64,000 nucleotides of DNA. Origin: the human T2T-CHM13v2.0 reference genome, Homo sapiens. This document shows positions 27,922-39,011 of the stretch, piece after piece. Position numbers and translations under genes: made by a program. A model generated the notes under the pieces. It was not told the origin of the DNA, ran no database searches, and saw only the letters and a list, made by a program, of their open reading frames with translations. The stretch lies in the NCBI RefSeq assembly GCF_009914755.1, contig NC_060945.1. The stretch is one strand, 5' to 3'. The stretch's first letter is position 1. Each line of letters starts with the position of its first letter.

Positions 27922-28420
27922 CCGTTAAAGAAAAGCCAGAGCTGGAGGTAGGAGGTGAAGACAGTTTCTATTCAGGAACTATTGCAGTAGGGGAAAGAGA
28001 CCTCAGTATAGAGCCGGGCTTAATTCTGAATACAGCATGGACAAGTGGGGAGGTGCAGCCCAGAAACAGGGTGGAAGGCTCAGTGGGTGGAAAGTTACTA
28101 AGAGGAGACCCCAGGGGCGAGGGGGATTCTGGCTAAACCCACCTTGCTGGAGGCAGACCAGGGTGACCAGACATCAAGGGTGGGGGACGAGGAACCGATC
28201 AGATAGTGACGTTGGGGATCTGGAGGCAGAGTCCAAGGTGGCCAGACACTGAGGGTAGAAGACAAGGAACTGATCAGATAGTGATGGTGTGGGATCCTGG
28301 CAAAACCAACTTTGCAGGATTCTTGCTAAAACTGGGCAGTGCAGAGACAGACATGGAAATGTAAAGGTGGAGGCCTGGTTGGGATGAGGATCCAGAGGCA
28401 CCCAACTGGAGTCTCTGCCA
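27922..28420 (-). mobile_element. ERV1 LTR (MER67/MER31-like)
   Basis: caggattcttgctaaaactgg motif and an internal ~60-bp direct repeat (gaaccgatcagatagtga / gaactgatcagatagtga). Confidence 0.65.
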
Positions 28421-29677
28421 GACCTCACGCACCACCCTGCTGTGTCAGATCCCAGTTACTGCTTGGCTCATGCTGTGAATCCTGAACCCCGCAAAGATTT
28501 GTCGTCTTTGTCGTGGAACCCCCAGCACCTGGACCCCTGCCTGCCCCAGGGGAGGTGATCAGAAGAGGCTTCCCGAGGCAGTGGAAGGGCCTGGGATGAA
28601 GGTGCAGGGCTCTGCTTCTCCACTGAGAGACAAAATAAAATAAATACAGGTGATTTCTCTTGGTAGCCAAGTCACAAGTTCTACTCCTGTGGGTCAGGGC
28701 CCCCTCCTCAAAAATTCCTTTGTTAAAGTCCTGCCTCAGAATGTGACCTTATTTGTAGGTGACAGCTGCAGGTGACACGAGAGCCCTTCCAACAGGGCGT
28801 GTTCCTGCCTTCACTGGTCAGCTGCAAAAGGCGGGCACAGGCTGCTCCTGAGGCTGTGTGGCCAGGGCAATACCTCACGGAGCTTCCTGTGGCCACAGCA
28901 GCAGCAGCATCTGTGAGCTTGAAAGGGGATGATGAGTGAGACTTTTGTCCACAGTTCTTGGTTGAGCTGCCACAAGCAGATGGGAAAGGCTGAGAAAGAA
29001 ACCATTCCTCCCTGGGTGGGGACGCTTGAAATTCCCTTTCAACCAAGGGGACGCCACAAGCACCCCGTTCATACCTGCGTGCAGATGCCAGCGCCTGGCT
29101 CGTTGGTGACCAGCAAGGGTCCCAGCTGAGCCGGGGTGCTCTCCTGTGGCTCTGGTGGAACGTCCACAGGATACTGGAGAGATGATTCAAACATCATTTA
29201 GATGGGGGAGCCGTTGAAATAGACTTGACAGTTTGTTTTGCTTAGTAGAAAAAAATTAAAAAATTGTCAGCTACTATCACCATTTTTAAAATAAGATTAA
29301 AAAATGTATTTTACAAAAAAAAAAAGGTAAAAATGAGCAGCTCACCATGTCCCACTTCTTCCACCCCAGCGCCAACACCCTCACTCAGCCGTGGTCCAGC
29401 CAGAAGACAAGGTCAGATAAAACAACCATAAAGAAAAAAAAAACCTTCTTCTAGAGTGGCTGGGAATGAGGTCACCGTGATGTCTTCCCCTGAATCGGTG
29501 CCATCGTGGTTTTGAAGTGTGACGGTCACTCAGCTCAGGAGTCCTCGCTATGTGAGCCTGTCCACCACTATTCACCCTTGGTGGAAGAAGACCCTGAGCA
29601 CCCCAAAACATGACATCCTTATTTTCAGGAACCTCTAACTGAAATTGAGCCCTTCCTTTCTTTATGAATATAGGCAC

Positions 29678-30113
29678 TGTCTTAGTTCCCTGCGGCTGTG
29701 GTAACAAAGCGCCTCAAACTGGGTGGCTTAAAACACAGACATTTGCTGTCTCAGGGCTCTGGAGGCTGGAAGTCTGAGACCAGAGTGTCACTGGGGTTGG
29801 TTCTTCTGAGGCTGTCAGGGAGAATCTACTCCAGGCCCTCCCGCAGGCTCTGGGAGTGGCTGGCTGCCTTTGGCATTCCTTGGCTGGGAGACACAAAGCC
29901 TTGAGCCCTGCCTTCCTCTTCACACTGTGTTTTCTCTGTTTGTGAGTCTGTGTCCAAATTTCCCTGGAGAAATACCCATCATATGGGTTAGGGATCCCCC
30001 AATGACCTCACTGAAACTTAGTGTGGAGCCTGTCTCCAAATAAGGTCACATTCTGAGGTATTGGTGGTGAGGACTTTAACATGGGAGTTTTTTGGGAGGA
30101 GGCCCTCACCCAC
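29678..30113 (-). mobile_element. MaLR solo LTR (MLT1C-like), inserted into an older MER-type fossil (~29400-30450)
   Basis: tgtcttagttccctgcggctgtggtaacaaa start and the aaataaggtcacattctgagg motif. Confidence 0.85.
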
Positions 30114-31384
30114 AGTAGTAGAACTTGTGACTTTGTCACCGAAAGAAATCACTTATTTTCACATCGCACCGTAGTAGCAGTGGACATCTCCAAATACCGG
30201 CGAAGCTAGTCCTGCCTGCAAAGTTAAGGCAGTTTTTTTTATCAGATCTAGAGCTGGAAATCATTGTTAAATGAGGCGATGAGGAAGTGTGTATATTATT
30301 CTGGCTCACTTTTAAAAATATTTTGATCCATTTATTTCAACATAATTGATTTCCCCTGTGATTCTGTATGTTTTGTATTATACATGTAAAAACGTTATTC
30401 AGAGGAGTTCACAGGCTTCACCCGACTGTGTTGAAAGGACCCATGATGTAAGGATGTTTGTTGTGGGGGGTGCTTGTGGCTCCTTAACTGGCTCTGGAAA
30501 GAGCCTACTTCCCATAGTGAACCCTGTGAGGTCCAATTCTGTTCCTCCCCCTGGAGCTCCAAGAGAAGGTCATTGTCCTTGTAGCAGCAGGTGCCCCCCC
30601 AAGCTGGGTTCTCACTGCAGGTGCCAGCGGGCTCTCAGTAGGTATGACCTGGATGTGAGTGGTGAGCCAGGATTGAGGCACTCAGCACCTTCGACCACAC
30701 TTCCCACTCTCCCTGGGGTTCAAGTCAGGCTATGGAAAGTGTACACCCTGTTTGTCATATAACTGGATGGGTGGTGGGCAGAACGCCTCTGGCAAGGTAG
30801 ACCTTGAAGGCAAAACTGAGTTGAGGTTTGTTAGGACGGAAATAATTACTGCTGGGCATGCAGCACTTCCCAACCGTTCTGTGAGGCAGGCAGTGTTATT
30901 GCCAGTTTGGCACAAGGGCACAGGTGTAGAACACGTAAGTGCCCTGGGCCGTGCTACACCACCACTGTGTTTGAGCTGAGATGTGAACCAGGGCCTTCTG
31001 ATTCCAAATTCCTCATTCCTTTCATCCTAGCAGGCTGCCTGCGGTTAGCAGAAGGGGACTCCTGTATCTGCTCTGCAGCTTCTTCAGCTGATTTATAATG
31101 GAAAACAGAGTAGATATTGATTTGGCAATTAGTGAAATATTATGAGAATCATCATAGCAAACTTCACAGTTTGATCAAGGATCCTGCCTTCAATATCTGG
31201 CCAACTGATGTGTAAAAGCAGCTGCAAGAACTTCAGAGCTGACAAAAAAAGCAAACTCCAGACTTTATTTCCTGGAATCTGTTTTGTGAGACACTGGCCC
31301 ATGAAATGCTCTCCCAGAAATAGTCGGATTTGTGGTCAAATAAATTTGGGCAATTCTACAGAACATGTGTCTTTTTCAGAGATT

Positions 31385-32667
31385 TATTTTTAATTAAACT
31401 TATTTAAAAATATTAACATGGTACAATTTGCATATAGTGAAGTGTGCAAATCTTCGCTACATGGCTCAATGAGTTTTTACATATATTTCCACCCATGTAA
31501 TCACCACCGAGATCTAGAATAGAATGTATTCGTCTCTCCAGAGGTTCCTCTGTTCCCTTGCAGTCAATAATTCTCCACCAAAGATAAACATTCTGCTGAC
31601 TTCCTTCATCATTGATAAGTTTTTCCTGGTTTTGAACTTCATATAAATGGAATCATTTCATGTCTAGCTCTTTTCACTCAACATAACATCTGTCAGATTA
31701 ATACATCGCATGTCAATAGTTTGTAGTTTTTATGGCTGTGTAGCATTTCATTCATTCATTCTGCTGTTGATGGAAATTTCTTGACTAGAGTTGTGTTATC
31801 AATTTATTGCCTCTTGGCTCCAAATTCACCCTTTTTGCCTGGTCTCTGGAAATGGGTCTGGGCCCTCTAAATATTTTCCCTTTGCAATCTGGCTCTTGAA
31901 GCTTATCAGTGGAGGGTCCTGGAGGGGCATTGCAGGGGAAACAGTTTTTCCTTCCTGGTTCAGGGACGCTGGTTTGGTAGCCCCTGTGGTGTTACAGGAG
32001 TACTTGGCAAGACAGCAGTTTCCCCGGGTACACCCGCTAGGTGTTTTGTAGCAGAGTGCATCTGTGAGACAACTGGTGAACTGCTTTCCTTGCAACCTAG
32101 AGGGCAGATTTCTGGCAAGTTCCAGAGGGTGGATTCCAAACATGTTCCTCTAATGTGGATCTGCAGTGATGTCTCTGCCATTCAGTGGGCATAGCTGTGC
32201 CCTTTTAGTGGGGTCTAGATCTCAGCCCTGGGATTGGGGGCATTTTCTCAGTTGCTCAATCTCAGCCCTAGGGGCAGTGACCATTCCTTATATATGGTTG
32301 TTTGTATATTCTTTGGAACTGTCTTGATTTTATTACTGTTAGTCTCTCATTACTCCACTCCCTTATTATAGTAAATGATTCTTTGTATTTGACTTTCCCT
32401 GGTCAAGGTACTAAGTGGTTTTTCTCTCCTGTTTGGATCTAGATTGATACAATAATTTTTTGCAATTATGAGCAATGCTGCTGTGAACATTCTTGATCAT
32501 GTCTTAGTGGACATAAGCAATAATTGCTGCTGGGTCTGTGTGCAGGAATGATTTGCTAGATCATAGCACATACGTTTATCTGTAGCAGAAACTGCCAAGG
32601 TATATACAGCTTTCCAAAGTGTGTTAATTTACATGCCTGCTAGCAAGGTAGGAGAAATACAGTTGCT
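31385..32667 (-). mobile_element. L1MC/L1ME 3' fragment, split by an LTR
   Basis: Antisense L1M 3'UTR at 31385-31790, resuming at 32452 (caatgctgctgtgaacattcttg). Confidence 0.7.
31792..32451 (+). mobile_element. ERVL LTR (LTR41-like)
   Basis: tgtgttatcaatttattgcctc start and ttctctcctg...gattgataca end; interrupts the L1. Confidence 0.6.
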
Positions 32668-32832
32668 TCCCAAGTAGCTGGGATTACAGGTGTGTGCCAC
32701 CACTCCTGGCTAATTTTTTGTAGAGATAGGGTTTTGCCATGTTGGCCAGGCTAGTCTTGAACTGCTGGCCTCAAGTGATCTGCCTGCCTTGGGCTCCCAA
32801 AGTGCTAGGATTACAGGGATGAGCCACCATGG
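32668..32832 (-). mobile_element. Partial Alu
   Basis: Left arm plus part of the right arm, antisense. Confidence 0.9.
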
Positions 32833-32835
32833 TCG

Positions 32836-33473
32836 ACTTCATGATAAAACTTCAGTGGATGAGGAGCTGCCTCTTATGATGAACAAAGAAGGTGGTTTCT
32901 TGAAATGGAATCTACTCCTGGTGAAGATGCTGTGAACATTGTTGAAATGACAAGAAAGAATTTACAGTGTTACATAGAGTTAGTTGATGAAGCAGTAGCA
33001 GGATTCGAGAGGATCGATTCCAATTTCAAAATAAGTTCTGCTGTGGGTAAAATGCTATCAAATGGCGTCGCATGCTACAGAGAAATCTATCATGAAAGGA
33101 AGAGTCAATTGATGTGGCAAACTTCATTGTTGTCGTATTTTAAGAAATTGTCACGACCACCCCAACCTTCAACAACCATGACCCTGATCAGTCAGGAGCC
33201 ATCCACATTGAGGCGAGAACCTCCAGCAGTAAAAAGATTATGATTCTCTAAAGGATCAGATGAACATTAGCATTTTTTTAAGCAATAAAGTATTTTTACG
33301 TAAGATATGTATGTTATTTTTTAGGCATAATGCTATTATGCATTTAATAGACTCCAGTATATTGTAAACATAACTTTAAATGCACTGGGAGATAAAAGTA
33401 TTTGCTCTTTTATGATATTTGCTTTATTGCAGTAGTCTGTAATGGAAACTACATTATCTCTTGGGTACACCTG
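32836..33473 (+). mobile_element. Tigger1 DNA transposon 3' fragment
   Basis: ORF 32905-33243 ([16 protein letters not shown]...FERIDSNF...ACYREI) matches the Tigger1 sequence; ends in a TIR-like ...ggtacacctg followed by TA. Confidence 0.9.
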
Positions 33474-33477
33474 TATA

Positions 33478-33815
33478 CAGAAAGAAATTTATTATGAGGA
33501 AATGCTCATGCAATGATGGAGGCTGGAAAGTCCCAAGATCTGCAGTCAGCAAGTTGGAGACCCATGAGAGTCGATGGTGTGGCCCCAGTCTGTGTTTGAA
33601 GGCCTGAGAACCAGGAGAGCCAAAAGCTGGCAAGCTCTGGACCCAGGAAGAGCTGATGTTTCAGTTCAAGTCCGAAGGCAGGAAAAGACTGAAGGCCCAG
33701 CTCCAGGCAGTCAGGCAGGAGAACTTTCCTTTTACTCACGAGAGGGTCAGCATTTTGTTCTGTTCAGGCTGTCAACTGAGTGACCCAGAAAAGCTGGCAC
33801 ATAACATTCACCATC
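33478..33815 (-). mobile_element. MLT2 (ERVL) LTR fragment
   Basis: atttattatgaggaa...atggaggctggaaagtcccaagatctgcagtcagcaag is antisense MLT2. Confidence 0.8.
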
Positions 33816-34034
33816 GTGCTGCAAGAGCTGCAAAACCCTCTCTGCTTCTAACACTGATGCTCAGCCCACCTCCAGTGGGCAGGGAGCTGGGTGCCGGGAG
33901 GACTTGGGGTTGCCAGCCCAGTGTGGGCCTGGACAGTTGCTGAGAATCTCCCTCCGCCCTGTGACTTCTTAATTACTTAGAGGGTCACCCTGGTTGCTCA
34001 CTTCAGCTCACTTGGGAGATTCTCTCTGCTTGAG

Positions 34035-34260
34035 GCCAGGGGTAGGTCCAGGTCTGATGGGGTCTGAAGCTTATACAATTGGGGTGGGGGGCATTCCTCT
34101 TTAAGGAAAAGAAAACAGCAGAGGTGAGTCGTCCTGCAGCTTAGCTTCACTAGTCTCGTGGAAAATTTGCCTCCTAAAATGTCTTTCCTCTGAGAAAGCC
34201 CAGGCCTCCAAAGGCCCAGCCAGGCTGGCGTCAGTCTGGGGTCAGCTGCGGGGAGGCTCC
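34035..34260. mobile_element. hAT-Tip100 MER91-like fossil
   Basis: ggggtctgaagcttatacaattgggg...ctctttaaggaaaagaa motif. Confidence 0.5.
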
Positions 34261-34479
34261 AGGCCATGTGTGACACAGGAGTTTACCCCATCCCAGTTTC
34301 CAGTGGAGAAGCATCGTTCTCGTCCACCCCCGTCATGCTCTTTTCCACCTTCTCCAGGGGAAGGGATATTTTCAGTCTGTACAACGAATCCACTGAAATG
34401 TTAAGGTGGGCACAGTGGTCTGGGGTCTTCGACCTTGTTTATACGTGGTGCCTGTTACTGGTCGGGTCTGTACAGGCAG

Positions 34480-34650
34480 TTTCCACTGGCGTTTTTTACC
34501 AGGCCAGCCTAGAGTAGAATGACCGCATGTTAAAATATAGATTCCTGGGCCCCAGACCTGCCAGAATCTCTGTGAGATGGAACCTTTCAACCTGGGTTTT
34601 AAACAAGCCTCCCGGGTGATTCTGACACTCACTGGATTTGAGAACCGTGG
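34480..34650. mobile_element. MER5A DNA transposon fossil
   Basis: agattcctgggcccca...aacaagcctcccgggtgattctga...ttgagaacc. Confidence 0.75.
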
Positions 34651-35609
34651 GGTTGTTCAGACAGCAGGGACGTTGATGTTGTTCCTTCTGCGTTCCTGGT
34701 GATGCTGTTCTGTTCTCCCAAGGCCTGTGCGGTGGTGAGAATCTCCAAGGATACAAGACAGTGATCTGGAGCGAGTGTCCTGAAAGCAGACTCTAGCACT
34801 CAGGACTGCCAACACCCTCCCCGGGTTTCCTTGGTCTGGAATTCCCATCCCCTGGTTCCACCTGTTACATCACACCTCCCCTTCAAGGACCAGTGCAGAT
34901 GCCATGTCCTTCACGGGGCTCAGAATGCTCACCAGCTTCCTCTCCACCGAGGGCCACAGCCCCTGGAGACCCCTTGAGCTGAGTGCTTTGTCCTTGCATA
35001 CTCTTTCTGGCCTCATAGTGGGGCTTGGCCATTGTCCCTTCACTCCAGATCTCTCCTTTCAGATCCAGGAAGTGCATCTTGAACTTAACTTTCCAGACCC
35101 TCCCTTCAGTTTTCCAGTCCTTAGAGAGGTGGACTTCTGATTCCTTTGTCTCTGTGCCCTGTAGCCTCAGGTCAGGCTTAAGGCAAGGTCTCCTCACCTG
35201 GCCTGGGGAGAGTCCCAGGACGCTGCACGTGCCTGTGCGGGTAGGATGCTGATGCCCAGATTTCCCGTTAGAGAGCCTTTCCCTATCCTGACGGCTCTAG
35301 CTTTGTGTGTTACTTACTTGTTCCACTTTAATTCAAAATGTACCCAGCAACCAGCTTGTGCACAGTTCTCTGGGGTTTCAGGAGGGATGTAAGACATACC
35401 CCTTGCCCTTCAGGCACTATGGCCAGAAGGGGGGCAGTGACCTAGGCAGAGGGCGGGAGCCAGCAGATGGGATACACTCAGAGGAGCCTGCAGCAGGCAG
35501 AGGCAGAGGAGAAGGGAGGTCTACACGTTCTGCACTGTATTTATCTCCTTCAGTTCCAAGGTTCTCTCCTGGCATCTATATTGCTCATGAGTTACAGAGC
35601 AAAGCCTGG

Positions 35610-36255
35610 TGTGATGGTTACTTTTAGGTGTCAACTTGGCTGGATTAATAAATACCTAGAGAACTGGTAAAGCATTATTTCTGGGTGTGTTTGTGAAGGT
35701 GTTTCCAGAGGAGATTGGCTGTGAGTCAGTGGGCTGAGTGGGGAGGAGCTGCCCTCCATGTGGGCAGGCACCATCCATTGACTGGGCCCAGATAGAACAA
35801 GAAGGCAGAAGAAATGTGAATTCCTCTTTCTCTGCTGGAGCTGGGATATTCTTCTTCTCCTGCCCTTGGACATCAGAGCTGCAGGCTCTCTGGCCTTTGG
35901 ACCCGAGGATTTATACCAAGCAGGTTTCTGGGTTCTCAGGCCTTTGGCCTTGGACTGATAGTTACACCATTGGCATATCTGGTTCTGAGGCTCTTGGTCT
36001 TGGACTGAGCCACACTCCTGGCATCCCAGCGTCTCCAGCTTGCATGGCCTGTCACGGTATTTCCCAACCTCCGTAATCACGCTAGCCAATTCTTCTAAGA
36101 AATTTCTTCTCATCTATCTGTCTATCTATCTATCTGTCTACCTACCGACTTACCTACCTACCTGCCTATCTATCTTTTGATTAATCTACCTATCAATCTT
36201 TCTATCTATCCATAACCTGTTGATTCGATCTCTCTAGAGAACCCTGACTAATACA
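35610..36255 (+). mobile_element. B3GALT5: MLT2B (ERV-L) solo LTR, co-opted as the B3GALT5 alternative promoter and first exon
   Basis: TGTGATGG...GACTAATACA termini, perfect 5-bp TSD cctgg (35605-35609 / 36256-36260), and the internal (TCTA)n typical of MLT2. The promoter role in the GI tract is established knowledge. Confidence 0.93.
35642..35656. promoter_or_regulatory. HNF1/CDX-type site in the LTR promoter
   Basis: GGATTAATAAATACC resembles the HNF1 palindrome GTTAATNATTAAC and contains CDX-like TTTATT on the minus strand. HNF1/CDX control of this promoter is known; assigning it to this exact site is my inference. Confidence 0.6.
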
Positions 36256-36346
36256 CCTGGAGTGCAGAATCTGCTGGAGAAACTGCCATTCCGTTATTGA
36301 CTGGCTGGTCAGGCCATACAGCCTGGTGGTCTAGATGTGTTTGGAG
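36238..36346 (+). other. B3GALT5: Probable alternative 5' exon straddling the LTR 3' boundary; ends with ATG TGT TTG GAG
   Basis: Acceptor tctctAG| at 36237 after the pyrimidine-rich (TCTA)n tract and donor GAG|GTAGGG at 36347. The exon start is less certain than the donor. Confidence 0.55.
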
Positions 36347-36670
36347 GTAGGGCTTCCGTAGCACAGATAGTGCCTGTTCATGGCTCTGTCCCAGGTAAGG
36401 CAGAGCTAGCTTGTGCTGAGGGCTTCTGCTTTGCAGCTGGCCTGGGGTGGCTAGGATCTGGGGACACAGGCTGCCCTTTCCAGGCTCTGTCTGCTGGTGC
36501 TGCAGGTGCCCCTACCTCCTCCTTCAGTGGAAGGCTGGCCCCCAGGTCCTCTTTAGGCCCAATACAGACTCAGCCAAAGATGCAGATGTCTCATATATGA
36601 GGATTCTGAGCTGTGACTTCTGGTGGTAACTCCACTTTAGGCAGGAAAAATGTTCAACTGCCCATGAAAA

Positions 36671-36736
36671 CAAATGACCCCGGGTCATTTGGGTTTGGCA
36701 CCTGCTCTGCCAGTTGGGTTTGGCACCTGCTCTGCC
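36671..36736. repeat. 21-bp palindrome followed by a 2 x 23-bp tandem repeat
   Basis: CAAATGACCC-C-GGGTCATTTG (36671-36691); ttgggtttggcacctgctctgcc at 36689-36711 and 36714-36736. Confidence 0.9.
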
Positions 36737-37411
36737 TCCTGGGAAACAGTTTGGCCAATGCACTGCATGAGGTGAGCGCCCATCCCTGGGAATTTAGAGC
36801 CCTGTGAAGGGTCCTGAGGAGAGGCACATCAGAGAGAATGAGAATTTAAGGTTTACTGTTAAAGCAACCCATAGAAAAGGAGCAGAATTATTCAAGCAAG
36901 GAAACAAAGTAGAAAAATATCTTCTTTCCCTTGCACTTGGTTTTTATGTTTCTCTCTAAAATGTATTGTGGGGGAGAAAGCAGTCCCCCAACCCCCCTAA
37001 TCAGCTGCATATCTTAGCCATGCAAATAAATAATGAAAGAGAGAAAGAAGGAGAGAAAGAGAAAGAAAAGTAAAGGAAGGAAGGAGAGAAGGAAGGAAAG
37101 AAAGAAAAGAAAGAAAGAAACTTTGCAGCATCCTGGAGCACCAGTTCAGACAAGTTCTGGTCTCCTGCTTGCCTTCTGCTGTGATTTCTCTGAAGTTGCT
37201 GGGGGCAGGAGCTGGGCAGGAACTCCCCAGGGGTGCCAAGCAGAGCAGGTAGTTGGCTAAGTTTGCCTCCAGGAAAGAAGTCTCTGGAGAGCGAGCTGGT
37301 TCTAGAAAGCTCCATTATTATTTCATGTTGCTTTTGGCGAATATATGTAGAACAGAATTTTGACAATGAAATTTTCAGGTGCTCTTTTGGCCATCAAAAT
37401 AACCAGCTCTT

Positions 37412-37720
37412 GGCTGGGCACAGTGGCTTGCCCTTGTAATTCCAGTGTTTTGGGAGGCCAAGGCAGGGGACTGCGTGAGCCCAGGAGTTTGAGACTAGCC
37501 TGGGCAACATAGTGAAACCCCATCTCTACAAAAAATACAAAGTTAGAAGAGTATGGTGGCATGCGCCTGTGGTCACAGCTACTTGGGAAGCTGTGACCCA
37601 AGTCACAGGAGGATCGCTTGAGCCCAGGAGTTCAGGGCTGTAGTGAGCTATGATTGTGCTACTGTGCTCCAGCCTGGGAGACAGAGTGACATCAGGTCTC
37701 TGAAATATTAAAATTAAAAA
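37412..37720 (+). mobile_element. AluJ element
   Basis: Dimeric Alu with an atypical rearranged patch at ~37589-37608. Confidence 0.93.
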
Positions 37721-38204
37721 GCCCAAACCAACTCTGCTTTTCACTCTTTCAGTTTCATTTCTTGCTGTCCTCTCTGTCCTCTCACCCAGGGTAACATTTT
37801 TAAAGTGCCGCTATTGTGTTAAGAATTGGATTTATTCTCTGTGTTAAATTCTCTCAGCATTAACTACAGACTCTGTTATGTAAATAAGGTAAATTATCAG
37901 GATGAGAAGTGAGACTCTAATTTATGAGTTTATCATGTCTCTTTAAAAAGCTGCTAGGTGCTATCCTAACTTATTAGGCTTGAAGGATTCTGGGGGATTG
38001 GCATATTGTTACTGTTGTGGACTTTGTTTGCCTTGATCATACCCATTTTACAGATGAGAAAAGTGAGGCTGGGATTGGGGCTCAAATGCGTGCTCAGAGT
38101 CACATAAGTAGGTTGGAAGGTGACGCTACAGACATGGTAAATTGTGAAGGCCTGCTGGTAAGGCACGAGTGATTTGAATGACACTCTTTTTTTTTTTTTC
38201 CTAG

Positions 38205-38364
38205 TGATTCCTGTCAGAATCACCATTTTTGGTAAACAAACCAAGCCCAGAACCTGATAATTATGGAGCATTCTACACTGACAGTTCTTTGAGACAAATT
38301 TCCTCTTGGCATTTACACTGTGGCTTTAGCTTTCAAACCAGAGGTTCCTCTTACCCAGCAAAAA
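38205..38364 (+). other. B3GALT5: B3GALT5 non-coding 5'UTR exon (160 nt)
   Basis: Strong acceptor (long poly-T, cctAG|) and donor AAA|GTGAGT; immediately upstream of the coding exon. Confidence 0.88.
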
Positions 38365-39011
38365 GTGAGTTATACGCTTTCTTAATGTTATAACGTTACC
38401 ATGGATGATCCTGAACTTGCCGAGGATAGCAGAGACGGGTGGGCAGAACAGGAAAGAATCAGATCAGAGACTGTAAAAAGTAACTTAAAAAAAAATAATT
38501 CTGGCAGAGACAGAATTTGAAGGTACTTGTGCACATCAGAACACTGGACTTGCTTTTTTCTGGGAGCAGGAATGCTGCTTAATTAGATCAGAGAAGAATG
38601 CAAGTGGTCCATACATTTAGATCTACAATGCGTGGTTTCCAGACCTGCAGCTTGTTTTGCTGCGCTTCATCATGGAGTCATAGAAGGGCAGAGCTGGAGG
38701 ACCGAGTGAGGGACCTGGTGCCATATCCCTACAGACAGGCAATTGGAGACTCCCGTAGGTTAAGGGCTGCAGAGCCTGGACCAATGCCCAGAATCTCTGA
38801 GCTTTTTATCTTACACCATGAAGTGACAGATGCTGGCAGATGTTAGACCTTTGTGCTTAACTGTTTAACCACACAGCACCCGACTTCTGTATGCAGCGAG
38901 GTTCTAGAGTTTCCAAAACACGGGTCTCCTCTCCCACCTCAGCCTCCTAGCATAAAACTAGACACATCCTCATGCTTTTGAGGTCTAATCATTGGATTTT
39001 GTTCCTTTCAG

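Noticed and set aside
28140-28300. ~60-bp internal direct repeat
   Set aside because: It lies inside an ERV1 LTR and is most likely part of that element's own structure.
32905-33243. 112-aa ORF with protein-like composition
   Set aside because: It is a fragment of a truncated Tigger1 element, not a host gene.
35421-35440. CTCF-like motif ggccagaaggggggcagtg upstream of the LTR
   Set aside because: An extra G breaks the core spacing; not supportable without ChIP data.
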